A stretch of 64,000 bases of DNA, from contig CAVRBU010000003.1 of assembly GCA_963719315.1 (NCBI GenBank), forward strand, positions 64,001 through 128,000. The letters run 5' to 3'. Position numbers and translations under genes: made by a program. The stretch's first letter is position 1. Every line of letters starts with the position of its first letter. This DNA comes from an uncultured Planctomycetota bacterium (lineage in GTDB: Bacteria; Planctomycetota; Planctomycetia; Pirellulales; Lacipirellulaceae). Of the stretch, positions 1-10,215 are shown one piece after another. Under the pieces are notes generated by a model. That model saw only the letters and a list, made by a program, of their open reading frames with translations. It searched no databases and was not told the origin of the DNA.

Positions 1-1
1 T

Positions 2-1453
2 AAAGGCGAGTTCCCCGCCGCCGAGTTGGGCAACAGCGACAACTGCCGCGCAGGCCAATGGGTATACGTCGCCGGCAATCCGTTTCTGCTGGCCGAGGAT
101 TTCAAACCCACGATCACCTACGGGATCCTTTCGGGCGTTCACCGGTATCAATTCCCGTCCGGCACGCTGCTGGAATACGCCGATTGTCTGCAGACCGATG
201 CGGCGATCAACCCCGGCAACTCCGGCGGGCCGATGTTCGATGCGGATGGAAAACTGATCGGCATCAATGGCCGCGGCTCGTTCGAAAAGCGCGGGCGCGT
301 GAATGTCGGCGTCGGGTATGCCATTTCGATCAATCAGATCAAGCGATTTATCGGTTTGCTGAAGAGCGGCAGGTTCGTGGATCACGCTTCGCTGGGCGCG
401 ACCGTTTCGACGGATTCCGACGGCCGCGTCATTGTGGACGAAATCTTGGAGAGCAGCGACGCCTTTCGCCGTGGCCTGCGTTACGGCGATGAGCTATTGA
501 ACTTCGCCGGCCGGGAGATCAGTTCAGCGAATGCGTTCAAGAATGCGCTTGGCACGTACCCGGCGGGTTGGATTGTGCCGCTTACGTATCGTCGCGATGG
601 CAAGGAAGTCGATCTGCGCGTGCGGCTGGCCGCCGTACATCGTGAGGGCGAGCTCGAAGCGCTGCTCCAATCCGAGAAGAAATCGCCCGAGCCGAAACGA
701 CCCGGCCAGGAAAAACCGAAGCAACCTGGGCCAGATGCGCCGAAGCCTGGTGTCCCCCGCCGCGCGAATGCGAAAGCGAAACGCAAGTCGCCAATTCCCA
801 AGGATGTGCGGCAGTATTACGAGGCAGCCCCCGGCTACGCGAACTACTGGTTCAATCGGTATCACCAACAGCGGATTTGGAACGCGTATCTGGCCCACGG
901 CGATTTCGCCGAAGCGGGGTGGAATTGGAAAATCAGAGCGACCTTGGCGAACGCTAAGGGTGACGTCGAAATCGACCTTACGGAGAAAAATGGCTCGATT
1001 ACCATGCCCGATGGCCAGTCGGGGGTTGAATTCGGCTCGTCGCTCACGAACGTAACAGGCCCGCCGCGGTCGGGGGGCCTGCTCGCCGCGCTGCACGTAT
1101 GGCAGCGGTTGTTGCTCGTGGGTCCGCGGAAGTTCGGCGAAGTTTATTACCTGGGACCGATGCCTTGGAAGACCGACGATAAGCTGGCCGACTGCCTCGT
1201 GGCCACGCACGCTGGCGTCGAGACCCGCTTTTATTTCGATCCAGACAGCTCCAACCTCGTCGGCATTGAGTTCTTCTCCTCCGACGAAGAAGACCCGTGC
1301 GAGATTACATTCGACGACGTTCGCCCAGTGGGCGACCGCCTGCTGCCGCATCACTGGAATATCAGCCTGGGCGACGACGTGTTTGCGGAGTTGAACGTGA
1401 GTTCTTACGAGTTCGGCTCAAAAGACGCCGATGCAAGCGCCGAGAAGAAGTAG
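2..1453 (+). CDS. HtrA/DegP-like S1C serine protease with PDZ domain and C-terminal extension (5' end lies before the window)
   Basis: QTDAAINPGNSGGP catalytic-Ser motif, then PDZ-like GLRYGDELLNFAG; frame is open to the window start. Confidence 0.85.
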   Translation, partial: KGEFPAAELGNSDNCRAGQWVYVAGNPFLLAEDFKPTITYGILSGVHRYQFPSGTLLEYADCLQTDAAINPGNSGGPMFDADGKLIGINGRGSFEKRGRVNVGVGYAISINQIKRFIGLLKSGRFVDHASLGATVSTDSDGRVIVDEILESSDAFRRGLRYGDELLNFAGREISSANAFKNALGTYPAGWIVPLTYRRDGKEVDLRVRLAAVHREGELEALLQSEKKSPEPKRPGQEKPKQPGPDAPKPGVPRRANAKAKRKSPIPKDVRQYYEAAPGYANYWFNRYHQQRIWNAYLAHGDFAEAGWNWKIRATLANAKGDVEIDLTEKNGSITMPDGQSGVEFGSSLTNVTGPPRSGGLLAALHVWQRLLLVGPRKFGEVYYLGPMPWKTDDKLADCLVATHAGVETRFYFDPDSSNLVGIEFFSSDEEDPCEITFDDVRPVGDRLLPHHWNISLGDDVFAELNVSSYEFGSKDADASAEKK

Positions 1454-2638
1454 CGTGATACTTTTTATGCATACTAAGTATTGCAAATTGAAAAATGTAA
1501 ATTGCAAATTGCAAATTGGGGGATTTCTGCATTTTGCAATTTGCATTTTGCAATTTGCATTTTGCAATTCCCGAATACCGTCAAAGGTCCGTGCCGCTGC
1601 GCTAGGATTTGCTTGCCTCCTTGCCGGGGCGGGCATCGCGCGAGCCAGCGAGGGCGCGGCTTCCTTAGTCGATGTCGCCCGGAATGTTCAGCCGAAGGTC
1701 GTAAAACTTTACGGCGCCGGCGGACTTCGCGGTTTGGAAGCATACCAAAGCGGCATACTGATTTCGGGCAAGGGCCACGTGCTAACCGTGTGGAGTTACG
1801 TACTGGATGCCGATGAAGTGACGGTCGTGCTCAATGATGGTCGCCACTTTTCGGCCAAGTACGTGGCTTCCGACCCAATCACGGAAATCGCGCTGCTGAA
1901 GTTCGATCCGGGCGGCGAGGAAGTGCCGCACTTCGATCTGGCGACGGCCGTAAAGGCGGAACCCGGCGCGCGTGTGCTCGCGTTCAGCAATTTGTTCGGG
2001 ATCGCCGTAGGCAATGAGCCGGTGAGTATGCTGCACGGCGTGATATCGTCCGTTGCGCCGCTGGAGGCCCGTCGTGGCGCGTTTGGCACGAATTACCACG
2101 GGGATGTGTACGTGGTCGACGCGGCTGCCAACAATCCAGGCGCCGCCGGCGGCGCCCTGACCGACGCGCAAGGGCGGCTTCTCGGGATGCTGGGCAAGGA
2201 GCTGCGGAGTAAACTGAGTGGCACGTGGTTGAACTACGCCCTACCCGTTTCAGCGTTTGCGCCACGGTGGACGACATGTTGGCCGGCCGCTTCACACCGG
2301 CCGCGCTGAGTGAAGTGGACAAGCCGGCCAATCCGCTGTCGCTGCCGGCGCTTGGCATCGTGCTGGTGCCCGACGTGGTTTCGCGTACACCGCCGTACGT
2401 CGATCGCGTCCTACCCAACTCGCCCGCGGCGGCGGCCGGGCTTCACCCCGATGATCTTGTGATCATGATCGATACGCAGGTCACGAGTTCGTGTCGCGAG
2501 GCGGCGCACCTGGTCGCACGACTTGAACGCGACGCCAGCGTGCGAATGGCCGTGCTCCGCGGCGAGCAGTTTCTCGAATTCACGCTTAGCGCCAAGCCGA
2601 ACGAGGCCGCTATCGAGACGGAGAAGAAGCAACCGTGA
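1431..2638 (+). CDS. S1C trypsin-like/PDZ protein, probably catalytically inactive; 1-nt frameshift near 2260
   Basis: ORFs 1431-2309 and 2225-2638 join as ...YALPVSAF/ATVDDML...; NNPGAAGG replaces GNSGG; C-terminal PDZ (SPAAAAGLHPDDLV); true start uncertain. Confidence 0.75.
1481..1570. repeat. Inverted pair of 7-mer tandem arrays (TTGCAAA...TTTGCAA)
   Basis: TTGCAAATTGAAAAATGTAAATTGCAAATTGCAAATT, a short spacer, then ATTTTGCAATTTGCATTTTGCAATTTGCATTTTGCAATT. Confidence 0.9.
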
Positions 2639-4656
2639 CGATCGCCCGCCGTATGAACCTCAGGCTTAAATTGACGCGTCTCCTCAATTTGCAATTTGCA
2701 GTTTTGATTTTGCAATTTGCAATTGCCGGTACCGCAGTTGCTGAAGACAGCACTTCACTCGTTACGCGCGAAGAAGCGGCCCTCAAGGCGGCCGCCGACC
2801 GAGTCGCGCCCTCGGTCGTCCAGATCCGCACGATCGGCGGCCTCGATGTCGTCGATGGGACGGTGCTGGCCGACGGCCCCACGACCGGTCTCGTGATTTC
2901 CGCCGACGGCTACATTCTCTCGAGTGCGTTTAATTTTGCGCAGCAACCCGCGTCGATCCTTGTGACGTTCGCTTCCGGCAAACAGGTTCCGGCAGAGTTG
3001 GTCGCCACCGACCACAGCCGCATGTTGGTATTGCTCAAAGCGGCTGGAGTTTCCGGACTCGCAGTTCCCGAGATGACGCAGCCCGCTGAAGTGCAACCCG
3101 GTCAATGGGCCATTGCCGTCGGCCGGACGTTTCGAGCCGATCGCACGAACGTGACGGTGGGCATCGTGAGCGCGATCGGCCGCATGTTCGGCAAAGTGAT
3201 CCAAACCGATGCCGATGTTTCGACCGTGAATTACGGCGGCCCACTCGTCGATATTCGCGGCCGCGTGCTGGGCCTGATCGTGCCGATGGCGCCGCAAGCC
3301 ACGAGCGAAGTGGCGGGCATCGAATGGTACGACTCTGGAATCGGTTTTGCGGTTCCGCTAGCGACGCTCACGGAACGCATCGAGCGGATGAAAAAAGGCG
3401 ATGATCAAAGGGCCGGGCTGTTGGGCGTCGGCCTACAGCCGGCGAATGCGCACACTGCGCTTGCCGAGCTAGCAGTCGTTCGGCCCGATTCGCCGGCTGG
3501 TCGAGCGGGTCTTAAGAAGGGCGATCGCATCGTCGAAGTCAACGGCAAGCCGGTGCGTACGCAGTCGGATTTGCGATTCGCACTCGGTACGGCTTACGGC
3601 GGCGACTCCGTGCAAGTCGTGGCCATGCGCGGCGAAGAACGTTTGGAGCGAACGATCAAGCTGGTCGGCGAGATGCCGGCGTTTCGTCATGCGTTTCTCG
3701 GCATTTTGCCGATGAGGTCGGCCGGCGACGAAAGCAAGCCGGCCGAGACAGGCGTCGTGGTGCGGATGGTTTATCCGGGCAGCCCGGCCGCGAATGCAGG
3801 CGTTCAAATTGGCGACCGCTTGGTTAAGATCGATGAAACAAAGATTGAGTCGATCGGCGATGCCATCGGCGCGCTGAATAACGTGGCCCCGGACAGCAAG
3901 GTCTCGGTGCATCTAAAACGCCAGAATGCCGAGATGGATCTCACGCTCACCGCTGCCCGCTTGCCCAGCAGCGTGCCGAGCGAATTGCCGCCGGCAACCG
4001 AGCCCGTGGCCGATTCGAATGCGACCGTCGCCGCGGGCGAGACGACCGAACTCAAACTTCCCGAGTTCCCACACACGTGCCAGGTTTATGTTCCGGGTTC
4101 ACACGTTGTGGGCCAGCCGCTTGGGGTAATACTGTGGCTGCAAGCACCCGGCGATGCCAAGCCCGATGAGGTAGTCCGCGAGTGGCAAGCTAATTGTGAT
4201 CGCGACGGGCTTGTGCTGGTTGTACCGACGCCCAACAAGGCAGACCATTGGGAGCGGACCGACCTCGAATATCTGCATAAGTTGCTGGAACGCGTCGTCG
4301 CGCTATACAAAATCGATGCCCATCGCGTGGTTATTGGCGGTCAGGCAAGCACGGGAGCAATTGCCTGGCCGTTAGCACTCGCTAGTCGCGATACGGTCCG
4401 TGGCATCGCCGCGGTGGCCGCACCGCTTCCCCGCCAAATTCGGGTTCCGCAAAACGAGCCCGCGGAGCGGCTGGCGGTGTTCGCCGCGATCCCGCCGAAA
4501 AAAGAAACGGCGGCGCCAATCATGCTGGGATTAAAGAAGGTCTCGGATGCCGGCTACGACGTGGCAACGATTACAACCGTGGCCGCGACCGGCAAGCTTT
4601 CCGACACCGAGCGCGATGAACTCGCGCGATGGATCGATACGTTGGACCGGTTCTAG
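2635..4656 (+). CDS. Trypsin-like domain (no catalytic Ser) + two PDZ domains + C-terminal alpha/beta-hydrolase-like domain
   Basis: IQTDADVSTVNYGGP; two SPAxxAGLxxGDRI-type PDZ motifs; C-terminal IDAHRVVIGGQAST esterase-like segment; signal peptide. Confidence 0.8.
   Translation: MTIARRMNLRLKLTRLLNLQFAVLILQFAIAGTAVAEDSTSLVTREEAALKAAADRVAPSVVQIRTIGGLDVVDGTVLADGPTTGLVISADGYILSSAFNFAQQPASILVTFASGKQVPAELVATDHSRMLVLLKAAGVSGLAVPEMTQPAEVQPGQWAIAVGRTFRADRTNVTVGIVSAIGRMFGKVIQTDADVSTVNYGGPLVDIRGRVLGLIVPMAPQATSEVAGIEWYDSGIGFAVPLATLTERIERMKKGDDQRAGLLGVGLQPANAHTALAELAVVRPDSPAGRAGLKKGDRIVEVNGKPVRTQSDLRFALGTAYGGDSVQVVAMRGEERLERTIKLVGEMPAFRHAFLGILPMRSAGDESKPAETGVVVRMVYPGSPAANAGVQIGDRLVKIDETKIESIGDAIGALNNVAPDSKVSVHLKRQNAEMDLTLTAARLPSSVPSELPPATEPVADSNATVAAGETTELKLPEFPHTCQVYVPGSHVVGQPLGVILWLQAPGDAKPDEVVREWQANCDRDGLVLVVPTPNKADHWERTDLEYLHKLLERVVALYKIDAHRVVIGGQASTGAIAWPLALASRDTVRGIAAVAAPLPRQIRVPQNEPAERLAVFAAIPPKKETAAPIMLGLKKVSDAGYDVATITTVAATGKLSDTERDELARWIDTLDRF
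2686..2726 (+). repeat. 7-mer tandem array (TTTGCAA-type) inside a signal-peptide coding region
   Basis: AATTTGCAATTTGCAGTTTTGATTTTGCAATTTGCAATTGC encodes NLQFAVLILQFAIA. Confidence 0.8.
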
Positions 4657-4701
4657 GCTAAGCATCCGAGTCAATTTGCTTCAAACGGCATGTGAGACCG
4701 C

Positions 4702-5417
4702 TTATCGCGTGCGTCGCCGGCCATGCGTCATTGCCAACGCCGCACCAAGTCCCAGCAACAGGAAGGAAGCCGGCTCGGGAATTGGATTAGCTGCAATGCT
4801 GACGCTCGCATCCGCCAAAAATTGATTTAGCTGCGGAACACCACTAACAGAAAAGCCGTTCCCGCCATTGACGTTGGTCATATTCATCGAGAGCGACACC
4901 GAGCCCGGTGCGATATAGGACATCAGCGACCCGCCCGTCACGGTGCCAAGCGTGGTCGTAAAAAGCGCGCCAGTTCCTGGAGGGCCAAGGACGCCCGTCA
5001 GCGCACTATTGGTCGTCGGACCCTTCAGCAACAAGTTATCCGATGGGTCATAGAGGCTGAACATGCCGCCGGTGTAATTCTGAATCACCAAACTCCCAAA
5101 CACAGTGGGTGCCCCCGTTGCCATGAGACCGTTCAAGCTGAATGATGCGGTGCTTGAATTGATGTCCGGAATGAAATTTAGAAAGCCCGTATATTCGATA
5201 GCCGTCAACTGGTCACCTGATGGCGGCGGGCCGCCCGTTTGGTCGATCGTTGAAAGAATTCCGGCCGGTTGCCCGGCAACCGGTCCCATCCCGACATCGG
5301 GACCAACGCCGCCAAGATTGAGCTTAATGATCGTGCCAGCATGCGAGACAGAAGTCGTGGCGCAGATGAGCGCACGAGCGCGAGTGCTCTAATAACTGCT
5401 CTCGATGTAAACATCAT
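4702..5417 (-). CDS. PEP-CTERM sorting-domain protein; 1-nt frameshift near 5372 in the signal peptide
   Basis: C-terminal IPEPASFLLLGLGAALAMTHGRRRTR; N-terminus MMFTSRAVIRALAL/ALICATTSVSHA joins across one indel. Confidence 0.8.
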
Positions 5418-5672
5418 TGGATCTAACTCCCAAACAAAAAAGAACTCGCGGCAACTACCCCTGAATGGCCCGGCCCTGGCCTAACAATTCTTGCAAATTC
5501 TTTCTGCAACTCTACCTAGCTGGATTGTACTTGCGGCAGCATGTAGGTCAAGCAAAAAACGGCCAATTTGCCGCAGTTACCGCAGATCCTCGGTTCGATC
5601 GAGGTCATACTGGCCGCCAGACCAGCAAAATCTTATGGGAATCCGGGGCTATCACGTGATTTCCCTGGTTTC

Positions 5673-6684
5673 CTAACTTTCCCAATTTTCCTCGGCTAGT
5701 GACGCCACTGCGAAGGCTGGGGCGCAACTGCTGATCTCCGGCCCCAAGCGTTCTGCTAAGGAAATCGTTTGGCAGCCTGTTTGTGCAGTCGACGCAGCCA
5801 CCCGTGCGAGAAACTCGCCGGAGCCGGACAAGACTACCAAGCCTGGCCGACGCTGCAGGTCCTTAGAAACGACGGAAATCGCGTCTGCCAGTTGATGGAG
5901 TTGAGCGTCGCGAACCGAGCCGGCGATGCGTGCAAAATCATGGGCCTCAAAATCCGCAGCGTCGGCGGCAAGCTGCCGCGCGAGACGCTGGCGGGCGCAT
6001 TGAGTCGTCAGCGAACGCCCGTCGGCCGTCCAACTGGCGTGCGGATCCTCGGCAATCTCGCCCAGAATCAAATAGGCGTCGGCCGTTGTGGAAAAGACTT
6101 CAGCCGCAACCGGGCACGACACGCCGCGCCAGGGCAAGACATTTGTCACGGCGCAGACAGGCGTTCGACCGACTCCGCTGTAAACGAGTTCGCGAGTGGC
6201 TAGTCTTTCCGTATCATTTGTTCCGCGCGGCGACACGACCGTCAACGAGCGGTATGACGTCGGTCGTCGTGGAACCGACGTCGATCAACAGGCCGGCGTC
6301 GTTCGACATGAATCGGCACGCGAATTGCGCCAACGCGCGCCAATTGCTGGCGGCCGCTAGGTGTGGTGATTCGCGCGCTGCGGAGATGGTGACGAAACGA
6401 CCGTCCGTTAGATAGACTTCGACGCCTTTACCAACTGCAATCTGCTCTACGGCTGCCAGGATGTGACGGACTCCCTCGGCCTTTGTGCGAAAGCAATCGC
6501 AGAGCTCGCCCGTCATGGTGACGGCGAGGCGGTTGAACGAGGGCGCGCGCTGAACGAGTGCGGCGAGCGCGGCTTCCAAACCATGCGGGTCGCGCCACAG
6601 AGCAAAAGGCAGCGAGCACGCCCAACCGGCGGCGTTGGCCGCCTTCAAGTTAGCACCGCCGATATCGAGTCCGAGCCAGGTCAT
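5673..6684 (-). CDS. H4MPT-linked C1 pathway protein, MfnF/Orf9-like (hydantoinase/oxoprolinase family); frameshift near 6226
   Basis: GLDIGGANLK, VTMTGELCDCF, AASNWRAL, IDVGSTTTDVIP, ELVYSGVGRTP, AAEVFSTTAD motifs spread over two joined ORFs. Confidence 0.8.
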
Positions 6685-7697
6685 CGCATGAAGCTCACGA
6701 CGCCACTATTGTCGAATTCAATTTGCCGATCGGAAAAATCAACTTCTGGACATTCCCCTTGAGCAACGCGCCACATCGCCTCCGCCAAATTACACGTTGC
6801 GGCCGCCCGCAGGCCCACATACGAGGTCGTCAAGCGTGGATTGATTTCGATAACGACGTCCTCGCATCCGTCCGGCGCGGGTCCGAGCACGAGATCGATT
6901 CCCACGTAACCGGCGGCCGCCGGCATCGCGGCCAACGCCCGATCGGCCAGCGAGCGGGCGCGTTCGGCGAGTCCTGTGGCCAGCGGCAATTGGCCGCCGA
7001 GATAGCGCAGCCTTCCGTCGTCCGAAATGCGTTGTTTGCAAGGCAATAATGCGACGCTACCGGATGGTCCACACAGGACCGCGACACTTGCCGGCAGACC
7101 GGGCGCGAATTGCTCAAGTCGGCGCCGCCAGGCGTAGGCCGGTGGCGCTTCGTGCGACCCGCGGACGAAGAACATATCTTGGGACCCTGCCCCGTCGACT
7201 GGTTTCACGATGGCTGGGTAGGGGAATCTCGCCGGCAGTGGTTCGTCGGATTCGAGTAGCCGCCCTACCGGCACGGGCACGCCGGCCGCGTGTAGTACGT
7301 CGCTCGTTCGCTGCTTGTCGGCGGCGATGCGAATGAACTCGGGCGACGGCGAAAGCAAGTGGCCCCCCGCGGCGATCACGCGACGCGACGCTTTCCACAG
7401 GATGCCGTCGAACTCGGGCGCAATGAGAATCGTGCCATCGGCATCGGCCGTCAGCCGTTCGAGCTCTTCGTTGTGCGACGACCGGCTCAGGACGTCCACG
7501 ATTTCACAATTGCCCAAGGTCAATTGCACGATGCGCGGATCGCGAAGGGCGGCGACGCGACAACCCTCGATTCGCAAGAGATCGGCCGCCAGCGCGCCGA
7601 TCATCGCTGCGCCTTCTCGTACGAGCGACGCCGGTAGTGGCCCCGGCTCCTCGACCAATCCGCCGCCCGTGGCCCATTCGTAGAGGAAGATGCGCAT
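6681..7697 (-). CDS. ATP-grasp ligase, MfnD/Orf1-like (tyramine-glutamate ligase family)
   Basis: YEWATGGG...REGAAM, IAPEFDGIL, IVKPVDGAGS, IEINPRLTTSYVGLR; 4-nt overlap with the MfnF-like gene. Confidence 0.8.
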   Translation of the reverse strand: MRIFLYEWATGGGLVEEPGPLPASLVREGAAMIGALAADLLRIEGCRVAALRDPRIVQLTLGNCEIVDVLSRSSHNEELERLTADADGTILIAPEFDGILWKASRRVIAAGGHLLSPSPEFIRIAADKQRTSDVLHAAGVPVPVGRLLESDEPLPARFPYPAIVKPVDGAGSQDMFFVRGSHEAPPAYAWRRRLEQFAPGLPASVAVLCGPSGSVALLPCKQRISDDGRLRYLGGQLPLATGLAERARSLADRALAAMPAAAGYVGIDLVLGPAPDGCEDVVIEINPRLTTSYVGLRAAATCNLAEAMWRVAQGECPEVDFSDRQIEFDNSGVVSFMR

Positions 7698-7699
7698 GA

Positions 7700-7793
7700 A
7701 AGTCGAGAGCTAAGAGTCAAGAGTCGAGAGCAAGACCGGCAACGATGGAAGCCCACTCTGGCTCTTGACTCTTCGCTCTTGACTCACGACTCA
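7700..7793. repeat. Inverted pair of 7-mer arrays (GAGTCRA...TTGACTC) between sufT and the MfnD-like gene
   Basis: AAGTCGAGAGCTAAGAGTCAAGAGTCGAGAGC ... GCTCTTGACTCTTCGCTCTTGACTCACGACTCA; last unit includes the sufT stop codon. Confidence 0.85.
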
Positions 7794-8108
7794 AAAGATT
7801 CCGAGTTGGTCGCGCGCGTCTTCCGTCATGCGGTCGGGTGTCCAAGGTGGCTCCATCACGAGCTTCACGTCGACTTCGCAGACACCATCCAGGCGTCGCA
7901 CCGCGTCGTGCGATTGGCTCAACAACTGCGGTCCGGCCGGACAGGCCGGGCTGGTCATCGTCATTTCCACGACGACGTTCGATTTCCCCTCCGGCTTTTC
8001 GTCGATCTTGATCTCGTAGATCAAGCCGAGATCAACGATGTTAACGAACAGTTCTGGATCGACGACGCCCTTGAGCGCTTCGCGAATTTTGTCTTCGGCA
8101 ACTGGCAT
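7791..8108 (-). CDS. sufT: Fe-S cluster assembly factor SufT (DUF59)
   Basis: VVDPELFVNIVDLGLIY, MTMTSPACP, EPPWTPDRM. Confidence 0.9.
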   Translation of the reverse strand: MPVAEDKIREALKGVVDPELFVNIVDLGLIYEIKIDEKPEGKSNVVVEMTMTSPACPAGPQLLSQSHDAVRRLDGVCEVDVKLVMEPPWTPDRMTEDARDQLGIF

Positions 8109-8130
8109 AGTTCAGTCCTCGGAAGAAATT

Positions 8131-8284
8131 AGCCACGGATACACGGAGGTCATGGAAACAACGGTTATTCGGTGGCAAACAGACATGGGATGCCGGACGA
8201 GTGTTGCAACTTATCCGCGCCGCTTCGTTATTCCTCTGTCATTCTTTATTTTTTAAGTTCCGTGTCCCCCGTGCCTCCGTGGTT
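8131..8284. repeat. Inverted pair of 9-mer-periodic arrays
   Basis: AGCCACGGATACACGGAGGTCATGGAAA (8131-8158) and GTTCCGTGTCCCCCGTGCCTCCGTGGTT (8257-8284). Confidence 0.75.
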
Positions 8285-8312
8285 CATAATACGCGGTTCG
8301 TTGCCGGGGCGG

Positions 8313-8636
8313 CTAGCCATCGGTCAGACGCACGAAGATTTGAGTACCTTCGATTTTGACCTCGTGCGATCTGGTCGGTTTGGTAGCCGGCATCGTGAGG
8401 GCGGCACCGGTGCGGATGTCGAACTTGGCGCCATGCCGGGGGCAAGCGATGGTTTTCTCTTCGGCGTTGAGCGGGCCTTCGCTGAGCGGGCCGCCGTCGT
8501 GGGTGCAAATGTCGTCGAGCGCGTAGTAATGACCGGCCGCGTGGATCAACACCACGAGACGCTCGCCGACTTCGACCAGTAGCGACCCGGGGTCGGGTAC
8601 TTCCGACGTTTTTGCCACGGCTACAAAATCGGACAT
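8313..8636 (-). CDS. Rieske [2Fe-2S] ferredoxin
   Basis: CTH...CPRHGAKFD Rieske motif. Confidence 0.9.
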   Translation of the reverse strand: MSDFVAVAKTSEVPDPGSLLVEVGERLVVLIHAAGHYYALDDICTHDGGPLSEGPLNAEEKTIACPRHGAKFDIRTGAALTMPATKPTRSHEVKIEGTQIFVRLTDG

Positions 8637-8647
8637 GATGTCGACGC

Positions 8648-8860
8648 CTAATCCGCCAGCCAGGTGCCGCCGAGTAGAAGGACGACTCCCACTACGATGA
8701 ACGGCACCGCGAATTTGACCGCCCTGCCGCTCTGACTGCGTTCATCCGTCCGCCGAGAGACGACGACCCGTAGACCCCCGGCGGCACACCAAAGGCCAAA
8801 CAGCATCGCCAATCCGCCTAACACTTGAAACGCACGGCCCAGAATTCTAATCGCCATCAT
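8648..8860 (-). CDS. Small hypothetical membrane protein (two TM segments)
   Basis: 70-aa ORF overlapping the sufD stop, two hydrophobic stretches. Confidence 0.45.
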   Translation of the reverse strand: MMAIRILGRAFQVLGGLAMLFGLWCAAGGLRVVVSRRTDERSQSGRAVKFAVPFIVVGVVLLLGGTWLAD

Positions 8861-10197
8861 GTGGGCACCAATTCCTTGATATCATTCACCCGTCGGCCGA
8901 TCGCTTCGCCCAAAGCGTCGCGAACACTTTCAATCGTGATGCGATCGAACACTTGCTGGAAGAATCCGGTAACGATCATACGCACTGCTTCGCGGCGCGT
9001 GTAACCGCGGGTCATTGCGTAGAACAGTTGCTGGTCGTCCACGCGGCCGCTGGTGCTCCCGTGTGTGCAGCGAACGTCGTCTGCCTCGATCTCCAGCCCC
9101 GGGATGGAATCGGCTCGGGCATCGCGCGACAGCATCAGATTGTCGTTTCGCTGGTAGGCGTTCGTCCGTTGAGCTTCACGATCGACGCGAATCATGCCCC
9201 GCCACACCGTGCGCGAGCGATCCTGCAGCGCGGTTTTATAGAGCAGGTCGCTCTTGCAGTAGGGAGCTTGATGATGCTGATATGTGTTGTACGACAGATG
9301 TTGCCGGCCTTCGGTAAACATCACGCCGTTGACTTGAACCTCAGCGTCTGGGCCCGTCATGGCGACGTGCTGGTTCACTTTCGCCAGCCGAGCACCGAGC
9401 GCACCGATCGTCCACTGCAGCCGGGCCTCGCGGCCAACGTCAGCTTTCTGGTGGGCGAAGTGCCACACCTCGTGGCCCCAGTTCTGCAGATTCACATACC
9501 GCAGGCGGGCGCCTTGCTCCACAATGAGCTCGATCGAACCGCAGTGAAAGCCGCCGCCTTCGGCGGCGCTGCTGGCCGTTTCGGAAAGCATGGTGGCATC
9601 GGCGCCCGGCTCGAGAATCACGAGCGTCTTGCCGAGATCGACGCCACCATTGGAAATGGCCGACAGCGAATGCAGCGGTTGTTCAAGCCGCACGTTTTTC
9701 GGCACGTACAGCAACGTTCCGCCCGACCAACATGCCGCGTTGAGCGCGGAGAATTTGTCTGCGTATGGATCGACGACGCGGCGCTCAAGGAACGGACGTA
9801 AAAGATCACTATGTTCGCTCACGAGCCGGCTGAGTCCGCCAAACAGCACGCCCTGCCTAGCCCATTCCGGCGCCAGTTCGGCCGAGATCGCGTGGCTATT
9901 CATCGCGACCGCGCGTCCGCCCAAATCCACACCGGCGGCGAGCAGCGAATGCGGAACGCCGGTTTGCAACGCGGAGTCGTGGCCGGCCGGGTGGGGCAAT
10001 TCGTAGCGATCGAGCTTGAACAGCCGAATGTCTGTCCGCATCCACTCTTCGTCGCGGACTGACGGCATCGGCACGACTTCAAAGCGATCCCACGCCTTGC
10101 GGCGCAGATCGCTAAGCCAGGCTGGCTCGTCGCGCGCGGCGAGAAAAGCGTCGAATGACGCCTGCGAGAAACCCGTTGCTGCAACCGCGGTAGCCAT
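8857..10197 (-). CDS. sufD: Fe-S cluster assembly protein SufD
   Basis: EEWMRTD, ADSIPGLEIEADDVRCTHGST, YAMTRG; operon context. Confidence 0.93.
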   Translation of the reverse strand: MATAVAATGFSQASFDAFLAARDEPAWLSDLRRKAWDRFEVVPMPSVRDEEWMRTDIRLFKLDRYELPHPAGHDSALQTGVPHSLLAAGVDLGGRAVAMNSHAISAELAPEWARQGVLFGGLSRLVSEHSDLLRPFLERRVVDPYADKFSALNAACWSGGTLLYVPKNVRLEQPLHSLSAISNGGVDLGKTLVILEPGADATMLSETASSAAEGGGFHCGSIELIVEQGARLRYVNLQNWGHEVWHFAHQKADVGREARLQWTIGALGARLAKVNQHVAMTGPDAEVQVNGVMFTEGRQHLSYNTYQHHQAPYCKSDLLYKTALQDRSRTVWRGMIRVDREAQRTNAYQRNDNLMLSRDARADSIPGLEIEADDVRCTHGSTSGRVDDQQLFYAMTRGYTRREAVRMIVTGFFQQVFDRITIESVRDALGEAIGRRVNDIKELVPT

Positions 10198-10215
10198 GAA
10201 CTCCTGACTAATCTC

